In this document: in pieces, positions 39,890 to 49,804 of the stretch
How the letters are laid out: every line of letters begins with the position of its first letter
How positions within the stretch are numbered: position 1 is the stretch's first letter
NCBI GenBank assembly: GCA_043815505.1
Contig: JBDRIV010000004.1
Span: forward strand, 7,135 to 71,134
Source of the DNA: a bacterium
Lineage (GTDB): Bacteria > Patescibacteriota > JABMPQ01 > JBDRIV01
Direction of reading: 5' to 3'
Length of the DNA stretch: 64,000 nucleotides
Translations under genes and position numbers: made by a program
Notes under the pieces: model-generated
What the model was told of the DNA's origin: nothing
Database searches by the model: none
The model's input: only the letters and a program-made list of their open reading frames with translations

Positions 39890-40096
39890 TTATTTAATTG
39901 CGCCAATTCTGAACATCTTGGTGCCGCATTTTGGACAAGTTCCTTGAACTGCTGGACGACCATTTTTCATCTCAATTTGGTTTGGCTCGTTCATTTGTTG
40001 TTTAGCTTTGCATTTGACACAGTAAGCCTCAACTTGTGGTGTGTCATCACTTTGGGTGTCGTCACTTTTTGTGTCTTCACTTGGTGCATCTGCCAT
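39890..40096 (-). CDS. Small zinc-ribbon protein
   Basis: A 68-aa protein with CVKC...CPKC four-Cys ribbon and an acidic N-terminus. Confidence 0.5.
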   Translation of the reverse strand: MADAPSEDTKSDDTQSDDTPQVEAYCVKCKAKQQMNEPNQIEMKNGRPAVQGTCPKCGTKMFRIGAIK

Positions 40097-40121
40097 GTTG
40101 TTTTTGTTAATTATAAATAAT

Positions 40122-41336
40122 CTAGTTTTTTGCCTTATCTAAGGTAACTTTAACGGTTTTTTCCTTTCCGTCATGTAATACCCTTAGATCAATTATAGCA
40201 CTTACCTGCTTATTGGCAATAATTTTGGCCAATCCGTTGGAAGAATCGATTTTTTCACCATTTACCTCTAAAATTATATCGTTTTCTTCAAGTCCCGCTT
40301 TGTCGGCTGGACTGCCGGGAATTATTGCTAAATCATTCGGATTTTCACCTCGTAAAAGAAGTGCACCGTAGTCAACATTTAAATTATTTCTTTCTTTTAA
40401 GCTTTCTGTAACGATTATATAGCGAACGCCCAAATAGGGACGAACAATTTCTCCATCTTTTATTACTCCATTGATTATACTCTTTACAGAATTAATGGGA
40501 ATAGCAAAGCCAATGAGCTGTCCCGAAGCATCAATGGCGGTATTAATCCCTACTACCTGACCGTCAATATTAACTAAGGGACCACCGGAATTACCGGGAT
40601 TAATGGCTGCATCGGTTTGAATTACATTTTCTAAGTTTTCTGAGTTTAGGCCACTTGAAGCAGTTATATTTCTACCAGTAGCACTTATTATTCCGGCCGT
40701 AACTGAATTCTCATATTCTCCCAAAGAATTGCCAATAGCAATAGCTCGCTGTCCAATTTTGAGAGCGTCAGAATCACCAAATTCAACAACTGTTAAATTC
40801 TTAGCCTCAATCTTTATAACTGCCAAATCGGTAATTGTATCTTTAGCAATAATTTCAGCCGGATATTCTTCCCCATCAGATGTAACCACCGTATAATCTG
40901 CTTCCCCGTCACTCACTACATGTCGATTGGTAATAATTAAGCCATCTTCGGAAACAATAAAACCAGAACCGCCACCAATTTCAGTTTGTCCGCGTTCATT
41001 TTCTGGCAATTCAAAGGTGTAAGGAAATAGATTATCGAAAATTCCACCTTCGCCAAGATTATTATAAATCTTTTCTAAATCCTTGGTTACCACAATACTT
41101 ACAACTGCTGGTTTAACTTTGTCAACTGCAGATATAATTCCAGAGTCTTCATCAATAGTTACCGCTTTATTGTTTTGATTTCTGCTTATTTCACCGTTAT
41201 TATTTTTAACCAAAATATTAATGGTAACATAGGTTGTGATAAGTGAAGTTACAATAGCTACGATTAGAATTAGAAAAACTAATTTTTTAATGTGCCGCTC
41301 TTTTTTGGCTTGTGGTTGCCTTTTTTCGTCAATCAT
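40122..41336 (-). CDS. HtrA/DegP-family serine protease with PDZ domain (second paralog)
   Basis: TNRHVV, GNSGGPL, a PDZ domain, and an N-terminal TM helix. Confidence 0.8.
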   Translation of the reverse strand: MIDEKRQPQAKKERHIKKLVFLILIVAIVTSLITTYVTINILVKNNNGEISRNQNNKAVTIDEDSGIISAVDKVKPAVVSIVVTKDLEKIYNNLGEGGIFDNLFPYTFELPENERGQTEIGGGSGFIVSEDGLIITNRHVVSDGEADYTVVTSDGEEYPAEIIAKDTITDLAVIKIEAKNLTVVEFGDSDALKIGQRAIAIGNSLGEYENSVTAGIISATGRNITASSGLNSENLENVIQTDAAINPGNSGGPLVNIDGQVVGINTAIDASGQLIGFAIPINSVKSIINGVIKDGEIVRPYLGVRYIIVTESLKERNNLNVDYGALLLRGENPNDLAIIPGSPADKAGLEENDIILEVNGEKIDSSNGLAKIIANKQVSAIIDLRVLHDGKEKTVKVTLDKAKN

Positions 41337-41341
41337 AATTT

Positions 41342-42082
41342 TTAATTACTTTTTTTGTTTAATAATCTTTTTTGCTTTCTTATGGTAATTCTTACTTTTA
41401 TAAGATCGTTTAAAGTTTTGCAAGCTGCAATAATTGGATTTAGTGTTGTGGCTTCAGAATTCTCCCATTTTACTGGTAATTCTTTTAGTTTAAAATTATA
41501 TAATCTAGCTAGGGCTAGAATTTCGAAGTCGAAACTCCACCCAGACATAGTTTGCTTGGTAAAAACTTTTTCTACACATTTTTTATTAAATAATTTAAAG
41601 CCACACTGAGTATCATGAATTCCAGGAAGTAATAATATTCTTATTAATAAATTACCGGTTTTCCCAATTATTTGTCTGTACCACGATTGACTTTTTTGAA
41701 TGTCTGCTCCAACAATTGCCCGTGATCCTAAAATCAAATCATACCTATTGGTTTCTGGCCAAAATGTTTCAATTTGATTAATAGTAGTAGAATTATCTGC
41801 ATCCATAAACAACCGCCATTCGCCAGTTGCTTTAAGCATGCCAGTTTTTACAGCCATGCCTTTTCCCTTGTTTTCATTTAATCTGACATGCTGAGCAGGA
41901 ATTTGGCTAGTAGCAACAAAATCTTGAACAATTAAATCTGTTTTATCAGTTGATCCATCAGAAACAACAATAATTTCGGCTGAATAATCTTTAGTACTTA
42001 AATAAGCTTCAATTTCTTTCAAAGTAGGTTTAATTCTTTTTTCTTCGTTGTAAGCTGGTATTATAACCGATAATGTTATCAT
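41342..42082 (-). CDS. Glycosyltransferase family 2 (DPM/DPG-synthase-like, soluble)
   Basis: LSVIIPAYNEEKRI...EIIVVSDGSTDKT...DADN. Confidence 0.75.
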   Translation of the reverse strand: MITLSVIIPAYNEEKRIKPTLKEIEAYLSTKDYSAEIIVVSDGSTDKTDLIVQDFVATSQIPAQHVRLNENKGKGMAVKTGMLKATGEWRLFMDADNSTTINQIETFWPETNRYDLILGSRAIVGADIQKSQSWYRQIIGKTGNLLIRILLLPGIHDTQCGFKLFNKKCVEKVFTKQTMSGWSFDFEILALARLYNFKLKELPVKWENSEATTLNPIIAACKTLNDLIKVRITIRKQKRLLNKKSN

Positions 42083-42474
42083 CTTCTATCTAAATAGTTT
42101 TGTAAAATAATTTTGGCAGCCAGTTCATGATCAGTTCTGTTAACACCCTCCAGTTTTAAAATATCTTTGGCTTGTTTACTAGAAAGTCTTTCGTCTTGCC
42201 ATTTAATTTGGCATCCAGTTTCGTTTTCGATAAAATCGACTTTTTCCCTTATTGAAGCCGTTTGTGGGGTTTTTTCTCCCTTCATATTTAGAGAAAGACC
42301 AACCACAATAATGGTTACATCTTCCTTGGTAACAATTTCCTTCACTCTACTCACAAGTGATGTTGTTGAATCGTGATTTATAGTTTTGTAAATCGAAGCA
42401 AGATTACTACCCTCTTCTGAAATTGCAACACCTGTATGTCTGTCACCAATATCTAGTCCTAAAATGTTTGGCAT
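42079..42474 (-). CDS. ruvX: Putative pre-16S rRNA nuclease / Holliday-junction resolvase-like YqgF
   Basis: ILGLDIGDRHTGVAISE N-terminal RNase H-like motif and a size of 131 aa. Confidence 0.8.
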   Translation of the reverse strand: MPNILGLDIGDRHTGVAISEEGSNLASIYKTINHDSTTSLVSRVKEIVTKEDVTIIVVGLSLNMKGEKTPQTASIREKVDFIENETGCQIKWQDERLSSKQAKDILKLEGVNRTDHELAAKIILQNYLDRR

Positions 42475-43229
42475 TATAAGGTTGTTAATATTTCTACTCC
42501 GTTATCTGTTACCAGAATTGTATTTTCAAAATGACATGATAACGAACCGTCGATCGTTTTGTATGTCCAATTATTCTTGTCTAATTCTACTTCATGTGAA
42601 CCAAGTGCTAGCATCGGTTCAATGGCAATGGTCATTCCACTCAACAATTCTTCTCCTTGGCCTCTTTTTCCAAAATTAGGAATTTGTGGTGGCTCATGAA
42701 TTTCCCTACCAACACCATGTCCCACTAATTCTCTAATTACTTGGGTGTCATTATTTTCGGCATATTTTTGAATAGCTTGTCCAATATCACCAACTCTGGT
42801 TCCATTTTTTATTTGAGCAATTCCGATTTGTAATGATTTCTCAGTAATAGTTATTAGTTTTCTGGCATCTGTTGAAATTTCTCCTACGGCAAATGTTCTA
42901 GCCATGTCAGTGCACATATTTTTATGCCAAATACCATAGTCAATACTTACTAGGTCGCCTTCATGTAAAATCCTATCTGGTGCGGGAATACCGTGAACTA
43001 TTTCATCATTTATTGATACGCAAGCACCATTAGGATATTTTTGAAAGCCTTTAAAAGCTGGTTTTACATTTAATTCTTGACATAATTCATCAGCTTTGTT
43101 ATCGATATCCATTGTTGAGATTCCGATTTGTATGTATTTTCCTAAGCCATCAACAATTTGCGCCAATATTTTACCACCTGCGCGCATAGCATCGATTTCT
43201 TTTTCAGTTTTAATAAGACTTTTTAACAT
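42474..43229 (-). CDS. map: Methionine aminopeptidase type I
   Basis: Pita-bread fold motifs VHGIP, DLVSIDYG and HEPPQIPN. Confidence 0.9.
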   Translation of the reverse strand: MLKSLIKTEKEIDAMRAGGKILAQIVDGLGKYIQIGISTMDIDNKADELCQELNVKPAFKGFQKYPNGACVSINDEIVHGIPAPDRILHEGDLVSIDYGIWHKNMCTDMARTFAVGEISTDARKLITITEKSLQIGIAQIKNGTRVGDIGQAIQKYAENNDTQVIRELVGHGVGREIHEPPQIPNFGKRGQGEELLSGMTIAIEPMLALGSHEVELDKNNWTYKTIDGSLSCHFENTILVTDNGVEILTTL

Positions 43230-43252
43230 TAAAATAAGCGGATTTTAGCCGC

Positions 43253-43903
43253 TTACTCATTTAATTTAAGTGCTCTGAGAATGTCTGCGTGTACATCTTC
43301 GCGAGATTGTACTCCATTAATTTTTTGTAAGACACCTAGTTCGTCGTAGTATTTTATGGCGGCTTTTACGTGTTCGTCAAACCAATCTAAACGTTTATTA
43401 ATTTTATCTGCATTTTGATCATCATCTCTTTGCACAACTTCTCCTCCACATTTATCGCATTTCTCAACTGTTAAATCAGCATAGATATTACCACAATCAA
43501 CACAAAGTCTTCTTTTTAGTAATCTGGTCAGAGCCTCTTCTCGAGAAATATCAATCCAAATAGCTTGCAAATTATCATCTTTATCTAAATCTTTTAGTAG
43601 GCCATGTAAATCATTCGCCTGTCCTGCGGTTCTGGGATAACCATCAAATATTAATCCTTTTTCTGGATCTGTTTTTTGTAAGACGTCCTCAACAACCTGC
43701 AAAGCAATTTCATCTGACATGTGCACACCCTTGTTTATTTCCTTTAGCTTATTTCCCAGTTTGTCTTCTTGTTTACTTCGGTCTCGCATCAACTTCCCCG
43801 TTTCAATTCTTTGGTAACCAAATTTATCTATCAAATAATCAACTTGGGTTCCCTTGCCGGAACCTGCGGGTCCAAAAATTATTATAGTATTATTCTTGAC
43901 CAT
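43253..43903 (-). CDS. adk: Adenylate kinase (Zn-lid type)
   Basis: GPAGSGKGTQ P-loop and the CVDCGNIY...CDKCGG lid. Confidence 0.9.
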   Translation of the reverse strand: MVKNNTIIIFGPAGSGKGTQVDYLIDKFGYQRIETGKLMRDRSKQEDKLGNKLKEINKGVHMSDEIALQVVEDVLQKTDPEKGLIFDGYPRTAGQANDLHGLLKDLDKDDNLQAIWIDISREEALTRLLKRRLCVDCGNIYADLTVEKCDKCGGEVVQRDDDQNADKINKRLDWFDEHVKAAIKYYDELGVLQKINGVQSREDVHADILRALKLNE

Positions 43904-43908
43904 GGATA

Positions 43909-45189
43909 TTAGTAAAAACTTTCATAATCGCGCATTACCATTTGGGCTTCAACTTGTTTAACAGTTTCTATAACAACACTAACAACGATCAATAAACCTG
44001 TACCACCAATTACCATTGATTGCACTGATGTTAGTCCCTGTACTAAAAATGGCATAACAGCTATCATACCCAAAAATATTGCACCCGCCAAAGTTACTCT
44101 ATTCAAGGTTTTTTTCAAATAACTTTCTGTTGATTGACCGGGTCTAATACCAGGTATGAACCCGCCTTGTTTTTGTAAATTATCGGAAATAGAATGAGGA
44201 TCAAATGATATGGCCGTATAAAAATAGGTGAAAGCAATAACTAAAATAAAATACACGACGCCGTAAAATACTTGATTGTTAAATAAATCAGAAATGTATT
44301 TAGCAGAAGTTGCTAACCAAGTTATATCAGAATTCGATAAAAAGTTAGCAATCAGTCCTGGAAAAATCATCAGCGATAGGGCAAAGATAATGGGAATAAC
44401 ACCACCTTGATTTACGCGCATGGGCAAATGAGTAGAACCCCCACCATACATACGATTGCCTTTGATTCTTTTGGCATAAGAAACAGGAATGTTTCTTTGT
44501 CCTTCGGTTACAATTACAACTCCGGCAATAACGACCACTCCAATAACTGCAAAAACTAAATAATTAAATAACTGTGTTGGATCATAAGAAACAATTGCTT
44601 GTTGAACTGCTTGTGGGATATTGGTAATAATACCGGCAAATATTATTAGCGACACACCATTGCCAATTCCCTTTTCTGTTATTAACTCACCAATCCACAT
44701 TAAAAACATAGTTCCAGCTGTGGCAATAATTATAGTTAAAATAATATTATAAACGGACAAATCTGTAATAATTGGTGGACTCTGGCGAGATAATAAAGTT
44801 ATCATGGTATAGCCCTGCAAAGCAGCGAGAGGAATAGTTACAATTCTAGTAATTTGATTGAATTTTTTACGTCCCGCTTCTCCTTCTTCTTTCATCATTT
44901 GTTGGAGTTTGGGAATTATCATCGTTAAAAGCTGTAAAATAATTGTGGAAGTAATATATGGCCCCACACCCAACAAAACGATTGACATATTTTCCATACC
45001 ACTACCAGAAAACATATTTAACAGACCAAAAATCTGATTATTCTCAAAAAATGAACGAAGATTTTCCTGATTTACAGCTGGTAAAGGAATATGAGCCGCT
45101 AGTCTAAAAATACCTAAAAGCACTAAGGAAAATATAATTCTTTTTCTTAGTTCCTTGATGCGCCAAATTTCGGCTAACTTCTTAAACAT
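43909..45189 (-). CDS. secY: Preprotein translocase subunit SecY
   Basis: A 426-aa protein with 10 TM helices and SecY-conserved segments. It lies in the canonical position after rplO. Confidence 0.92.
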   Translation of the reverse strand: MFKKLAEIWRIKELRKRIIFSLVLLGIFRLAAHIPLPAVNQENLRSFFENNQIFGLLNMFSGSGMENMSIVLLGVGPYITSTIILQLLTMIIPKLQQMMKEEGEAGRKKFNQITRIVTIPLAALQGYTMITLLSRQSPPIITDLSVYNIILTIIIATAGTMFLMWIGELITEKGIGNGVSLIIFAGIITNIPQAVQQAIVSYDPTQLFNYLVFAVIGVVVIAGVVIVTEGQRNIPVSYAKRIKGNRMYGGGSTHLPMRVNQGGVIPIIFALSLMIFPGLIANFLSNSDITWLATSAKYISDLFNNQVFYGVVYFILVIAFTYFYTAISFDPHSISDNLQKQGGFIPGIRPGQSTESYLKKTLNRVTLAGAIFLGMIAVMPFLVQGLTSVQSMVIGGTGLLIVVSVVIETVKQVEAQMVMRDYESFY

Positions 45190-45216
45190 ATTTTTTGACT
45201 ATTTTTTTATTTGTAG

Positions 45217-45750
45217 CTACTTTACTTTTTTTGGTGCTTGCTCTAAATCTTTTTGAAGGGAGTCTGTCGAACCATCTTTTTGAGGAAGTTCTTTTATTGT
45301 AATCTTTTTAAACTCTCCTTTAGCTTGGGTAATCTTTTTAATTGCCTGAGTTGAAGCTTGATGAGCATAAACTGTTAATTTTTTTGTCAGCTGACCCGCA
45401 CCCAGTATTTTAACCAACTTATTAGTTTTCTTGATTAAACCAGATTTTTTTAAAACTTTAATATCAACTACATCTCCAGTGGCAAATTTATTCTCCAAAT
45501 CATAGATATTAATATTTTGAACTTTTTTACTTATACTTTTAAAACCTCGGAGCTTTGGTAATTGCTGAATCACAGTTGTTCTACCACCTTCAAAACCTGG
45601 TCGTTGTGAAGCACCGGCTCTAGCTTTTTGACCCTTAGTACCACGACCGGAAGTTGTTCCGCGCGAAGCATTACCACGCCCAACCCGTTTTTTGTTTTTG
45701 GCTGTGCGACGATCTTTAGGTTTTCTTAAATTGTGAAATCCAGTCACCAT
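45217..45750 (-). CDS. rplO: 50S ribosomal protein L15 (with C-terminal Lys-rich extension)
   Basis: GRGNASRGTTSGRGTKGQKARAG. Confidence 0.85.
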   Translation of the reverse strand: MVTGFHNLRKPKDRRTAKNKKRVGRGNASRGTTSGRGTKGQKARAGASQRPGFEGGRTTVIQQLPKLRGFKSISKKVQNINIYDLENKFATGDVVDIKVLKKSGLIKKTNKLVKILGAGQLTKKLTVYAHQASTQAIKKITQAKGEFKKITIKELPQKDGSTDSLQKDLEQAPKKVK

Positions 45751-46331
45751 TATTTTTTCTTAGATTTAGTAGCCTTTTTTGCGTCTGCGATATCTTCTTT
45801 TTCTGCCGTTTTTTCTTTTTTTGCTTTACCGGGTTGCAACTCTTCTAAGGTCATTCCTCTTCTTTTAGCTATATCCTTGGGATCAGAAAAATTAGCCAAG
45901 GCATTAATTGTCGCTTTAACATTGTTTATTTTATTCTGAGTTCCCAGTATTTTTCCAACTATATTTTTTATACCGGCCAGTTCGACAACAGTTCTAACGG
46001 TTCCACCAGCAATAATTCCTGTTCCTTCAGGAGCTGGTTTTAGAAATAATTTGGCACTACCATATTTAGCTTTAGTTTCATGATAAATGGTACCATTTAC
46101 AGTTTGGACATTAACAATATTTTTTTTGGCTTGTCTGATTGCTTTTTCACGTGCAATAGCAACATCTGAACCTTTAGCAACTCCCACGCCCACTCGTCCT
46201 TTACGATCACCAATTACAATAGTTACACGAAAGCTAAAACGACGTCCGCCGGCAACTATTCTAGCTACCCGAGCAATGTCTACAATTTGTTCATCAAATT
46301 CAGATTTTGGTTTACGATTAAATCTTGGCAT
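45750..46331 (-). CDS. rpsE: 30S ribosomal protein S5 (with C-terminal Lys/Glu-rich tail)
   Basis: S5 dsRBD and C-terminal domain motifs (VVRVTKGGRRFSF-like VARIVAGGRRFSF). It is directly followed by rplO with no rpmD between them. Confidence 0.9.
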   Translation of the reverse strand: MPRFNRKPKSEFDEQIVDIARVARIVAGGRRFSFRVTIVIGDRKGRVGVGVAKGSDVAIAREKAIRQAKKNIVNVQTVNGTIYHETKAKYGSAKLFLKPAPEGTGIIAGGTVRTVVELAGIKNIVGKILGTQNKINNVKATINALANFSDPKDIAKRRGMTLEELQPGKAKKEKTAEKEDIADAKKATKSKKK

Positions 46332-46409
46332 CCCGGTTGTACAATTTAATATTCATATATTTCAATTATTCATGCTACGGTTATACAAATTAATTATTGT
46401 ACAACCGGG
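46332..46409. repeat. Perfect 14-bp inverted repeat (CCCGGTTGTACAAT-N50-ATTGTACAACCGGG) filling the rplR-rpsE spacer
   Basis: The arms lie at 46332..46345 and 46396..46409. The proximal arm abuts the rpsE ATG (46331..46329). Confidence 0.6.
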
Positions 46410-46413
46410 CATA

Positions 46414-46770
46414 TTATATTTTTAATCCTCCTTCTCTTGCGCCTTCGCTAACATTTTTAATCCGACCGTGATATAAATTACCACCCCGATCAAAAACTGC
46501 ATTTTTAATACCTTTTGCTACGGCTTTTGCAGCCAATTCCTTTCCAGCATTTTTAGCAATATCAATTGGTTTCATTTTATCTGCTCCTTTCAATTCTTTA
46601 TCAGAATAGCTAAATAAGGTTTTTCCTGATTCATCATCAATTAATTGCAAATACAAATGTTTGTTGCTTCTAAAAACTGATAAGCGAGGCTTACTTTTGG
46701 TACCAGAAATTTTAGCTCGCACTCTGTGCTGCCGTCTTTTTCTGGCTAATACTTTTTTGCTAGTCTTCAT
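46414..46770 (-). CDS. rplR: 50S ribosomal protein L18
   Basis: KRRQHRVRAKISGT...RLSVFRSNKHLYLQL. The likely start is the internal Met (MKTSKK); the track start at 46809 overlaps rplF. Confidence 0.85.
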   Translation of the reverse strand: MKTSKKVLARKRRQHRVRAKISGTKSKPRLSVFRSNKHLYLQLIDDESGKTLFSYSDKELKGADKMKPIDIAKNAGKELAAKAVAKGIKNAVFDRGGNLYHGRIKNVSEGAREGGLKI

Positions 46771-46774
46771 AATT

Positions 46775-47320
46775 TTATTCTCCTTCGGTGCCGGTGGCCC
46801 GTTTACCAATTTTTCTTCTTACGTGTTCATCTTCATATCTGATACCTTTACCTTTATAAGGTTCTGGTTTTTTTACTTTTCTAATTTCAGCTGCAGCTTG
46901 TCCAACCATTTGTTTATCTCTGCCTGATACAATAATAAATTCCTTTTCTACTTTAATTTCTACACCTTCGGGTGGATTATACTCTACCGAATGAGAAAAA
47001 CCAACACTTAATTCTAGAATCTTGCCTTTCATAACTGCCCGATAACCAACACCTTCGATAATAAGTTTTTTTTCAAAACCTTCACTTACGCCAATTACAG
47101 AATTGTTTATCAGTGATCTAGTTAGTCCCCAAATAGCATTATTACCCTCATCTTTTTTCAATTCGACAATAATATTTTTGTCATCAATTTTAACTTCAGC
47201 CCCATTAGGAATTTTAGTTGTTAATTCACCCTTGGGACCAGACACGATAAATTCATCCTGTTCAATTTTGCAGGTTACTTTTTCTGGAATTGTAATTGGA
47301 AGTTTTCCTATGCGTGACAT
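46775..47320 (-). CDS. rplF: 50S ribosomal protein L6
   Basis: MSRIGKLPITIP N-terminus. Confidence 0.9.
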   Translation of the reverse strand: MSRIGKLPITIPEKVTCKIEQDEFIVSGPKGELTTKIPNGAEVKIDDKNIIVELKKDEGNNAIWGLTRSLINNSVIGVSEGFEKKLIIEGVGYRAVMKGKILELSVGFSHSVEYNPPEGVEIKVEKEFIIVSGRDKQMVGQAAAEIRKVKKPEPYKGKGIRYEDEHVRRKIGKRATGTEGE

Positions 47321-47324
47321 ATTT

Positions 47325-47720
47325 TTACCAGATTTTACAAATTAATTCTCCGCCCATTCTGCGACGACGCGCTTCTCTATCTGTCATTAATCCTTGCGAA
47401 GTTGAAAGAATTACTGTTCCTAACCCACCACGAACTCGTGGTATACTTCTTCTTCCTTCGTGAATTCTTCTTCCCGGTTTACTCATTCTTTTTATACCAT
47501 TAATAACGGGATTTTTATTCTCGTCATATTTTAGGGTCACAATTAAGCTTTTTCTTTCCTTACTATCAGTTTCCGGTGCTACTTCAGCAATAAAACCCTC
47601 GGCCACTAAAACTTCTGCCAGAGCAGCTTTGATGGTAGAATGCGGGATTTTTACCTCCGCTTTACCTACTGCTTGAGCATTTTTTATTCTTATTAACATG
47701 TCTGAAATTGGATCGGTCAT
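47325..47720 (-). CDS. rpsH: 30S ribosomal protein S8
   Basis: MTDPISDMLIRIKNA N-terminus. Confidence 0.9.
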   Translation of the reverse strand: MTDPISDMLIRIKNAQAVGKAEVKIPHSTIKAALAEVLVAEGFIAEVAPETDSKERKSLIVTLKYDENKNPVINGIKRMSKPGRRIHEGRRSIPRVRGGLGTVILSTSQGLMTDREARRRRMGGELICKIW

Positions 47721-47728
47721 AATAATTA

Positions 47729-47855
47729 AGTCAAAAGTTAAAAGTCAAAGGTAAAAAGTTTGAAGTTAAATGTAAAAAGGCAAAATTTAAAACCAAGCGA
47801 GTTCTGGAGCTTACCACTTTCAATTACTTTTGAATTTTGAGTTTTGACTTTTGAC
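47729..47855. repeat. Intercistronic inverted-repeat element (CAAAAG/GTCAAA-type arms of about 29 bp flanking about 75 bp) between rpsN and rpsH
   Basis: The left arm AAGTCAAAAGTTAAAAGTCAAAGG (47729..47752) matches the reverse complement of the right arm CTTTTGAATTTTGAGTTTTGACTTTTGAC (47827..47855). The element is related to the ones at 52700..52778 and 59882..59942. Confidence 0.5.
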
Positions 47856-47862
47856 ATATATT

Positions 47863-48048
47863 TTACCAACTTGATTTTTTAATACCTGGGATTTCCCCAT
47901 TATTAGCCATTTCTCTAAAACAAATTCTACACAAACCAAATTTTCTCATGTAACCATGTTTACGACCACAAGCAAAACATCTGTTTATTTTTCTGGTTGA
48001 ATACTTAGGTTTTCTTTTCGCCTTTACGACGAGTGCTTTTCTAGCCAT
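47863..48048 (-). CDS. rpsN: 30S ribosomal protein S14 type Z (zinc-binding, 61 aa)
   Basis: [20 protein letters not shown]. Confidence 0.85.
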   Translation of the reverse strand: MARKALVVKAKRKPKYSTRKINRCFACGRKHGYMRKFGLCRICFREMANNGEIPGIKKSSW

Positions 48049-48050
48049 AT

Positions 48051-48590
48051 TTATTTACTAAAGGGAAAATTAAATTCTTTTAATAAGTTTTTTGTTTCTT
48101 CATCATTCTTAGCGGTAGTGGCAATTGTAATTTCTAAACCATGAATCCCTGAAACTTGATCCATTCTAATTTCCGGAAAAACAGTATGTTCTTTAATACC
48201 AATTGTTATATTTCCCTGCTTATCAAAACTTTTAGGATCAATGCCACGAAAATCTCTAACACGCGGTAAAGTAATATTTATAAATCTATCTAAGAAATCA
48301 TACATTCTCGTTCCTCTCAACGTCACCATCAAACCCACAACTGAACCTTCTCTAAGTTTAAAATTGGAAATAGATTTTTTAGCAACTTTTTTTGAAGGTT
48401 GCTGACCAGTAATATCGCGTAAGTTATTTATCATGGTTTCCAAAACATTTTTATCGTCAGCGGCTTTACCGGCACCAATACTGACAATAATTTTATCAAC
48501 TTTTGGAACAGCCATAACATTATCAGTTTTTTTGTTCTTTAAAAAGGCTGGTACTATCTTTTTATTAAATTTTTCTTCTAATCTATTCAT
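48051..48590 (-). CDS. rplE: 50S ribosomal protein L5
   Basis: A 179-aa protein with L5-conserved segments, in the canonical spc position. Confidence 0.9.
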   Translation of the reverse strand: MNRLEEKFNKKIVPAFLKNKKTDNVMAVPKVDKIIVSIGAGKAADDKNVLETMINNLRDITGQQPSKKVAKKSISNFKLREGSVVGLMVTLRGTRMYDFLDRFINITLPRVRDFRGIDPKSFDKQGNITIGIKEHTVFPEIRMDQVSGIHGLEITIATTAKNDEETKNLLKEFNFPFSK

Positions 48591-48596
48591 AACTTT

Positions 48597-48914
48597 TTAA
48601 GAAATTACCTCTTTACACTTTACACAAATGCGGGCAGTTTTTTTGTCCTGTAATTTTTTCTTACCTACTCTGGTGGGCTTACCACATTTTGGACAAACCA
48701 TCATAACATTGGAAATATTTACCGATCCGTTAATATCAACTCGCTGACCTTTTTCACCTTGTTTTTTTGGTCGGTTATGTTTCTTGAGGATATTTACACC
48801 GTCAATTACTAGCTTACCATTAATAGGATCGGTTGATAAAACTTTGCCCTTTTTTCCACTATCTTTGCCTGTAACTACTTGAACGGTGTCACCTTTTTTT
48901 ATTCTCAACTTCAT
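48597..48914 (-). CDS. rplX: 50S ribosomal protein L24 with C-terminal C4 zinc-ribbon extension
   Basis: KGDTVQVVTGKDSGKKGKVL KOW motif plus CPKCG...CVKC. Confidence 0.85.
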   Translation of the reverse strand: MKLRIKKGDTVQVVTGKDSGKKGKVLSTDPINGKLVIDGVNILKKHNRPKKQGEKGQRVDINGSVNISNVMMVCPKCGKPTRVGKKKLQDKKTARICVKCKEVIS

Positions 48915-48918
48915 ATTT

Positions 48919-49290
48919 TTATAATACCTCAGGTGCTAAAGATATAATTTTACTATAACCAGCTTCACGCAATTCTCTTGCTACCGGTCCAAAAATTCTG
49001 GTACCACGTGGATCTTTTGAATCACTCGAAATTATTACAGCAGCGTTTTCATCAAATTTAATCAAGGAACCATCTTTTCTTTGAAATTCCTTTTTTTGTC
49101 TGACGATAACACAGTGCACAACTTCTTTTTTCTTAACCATACCATGAGGAGTAGCTTCTTTTACGGAAGCAATTACTACATCACCAATGCGGGCGTAGCG
49201 CTTTCTGTTACCACCAAGCACTTTAAAACACTCGATCGATTTAGCACCAGTATTGTCGGCTACTTTCAGTTTTGTTTCTGCTTGAATCAT
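48919..49290 (-). CDS. rplN: 50S ribosomal protein L14
   Basis: [17 protein letters not shown]. Confidence 0.92.
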   Translation of the reverse strand: MIQAETKLKVADNTGAKSIECFKVLGGNRKRYARIGDVVIASVKEATPHGMVKKKEVVHCVIVRQKKEFQRKDGSLIKFDENAAVIISSDSKDPRGTRIFGPVARELREAGYSKIISLAPEVL

Positions 49291-49593
49291 TTATTTAGAC
49301 TTTTTTAAAACTTTGAATCTTTTATCACGAGAAAGTGGGCGTACTTCTTCAATAATAACCTCATCACCAGTTTTATATTCATTCTTGGCATCATGAGCTT
49401 TATATTTTTTGCTACTTATAAAACGCTTGCTGTAACGAGGATGATTTTTTAAGCGATCAACTCTAACAACTACAGTCTTATCCATTTTATCACTAACAAT
49501 TACACCGACCAATTGTCGCTTTTGTACTTCTTTAGTGTCTCGTGGTGAGTTTACCGAACTATCTTCAATTTTTTTACTTTCCGGCTTGTTCAT
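49291..49593 (-). CDS. rpsQ: 30S ribosomal protein S17 (N-terminal extension)
   Basis: [28 protein letters not shown]. Confidence 0.85.
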   Translation of the reverse strand: MNKPESKKIEDSSVNSPRDTKEVQKRQLVGVIVSDKMDKTVVVRVDRLKNHPRYSKRFISSKKYKAHDAKNEYKTGDEVIIEEVRPLSRDKRFKVLKKSK

Positions 49594-49804
49594 CTTTTTT
49601 GGTTACTGACTTTTTATTCTTCATTGAATCATTTAACAACATGGAAATTCTAGCCACGTCTCTTTTTTCAACTTTTATTTCGTTAAAATTTTTTAACTGT
49701 CCAGATGCACTCTTAAATTTAAGTTCTCTAATTTTATTCTTTTTACTAAGCAAAAGTTTTTTCAATTCTTCGGTAGATTTTCCTTTTAATTCCTTAAACT
49801 TCAT
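49574..49804 (-). CDS. rpmC: 50S ribosomal protein L29
   Basis: [27 protein letters not shown]. Confidence 0.8.
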   Translation of the reverse strand: MKFKELKGKSTEELKKLLLSKKNKIRELKFKSASGQLKNFNEIKVEKRDVARISMLLNDSMKNKKSVTKKDEQAGK

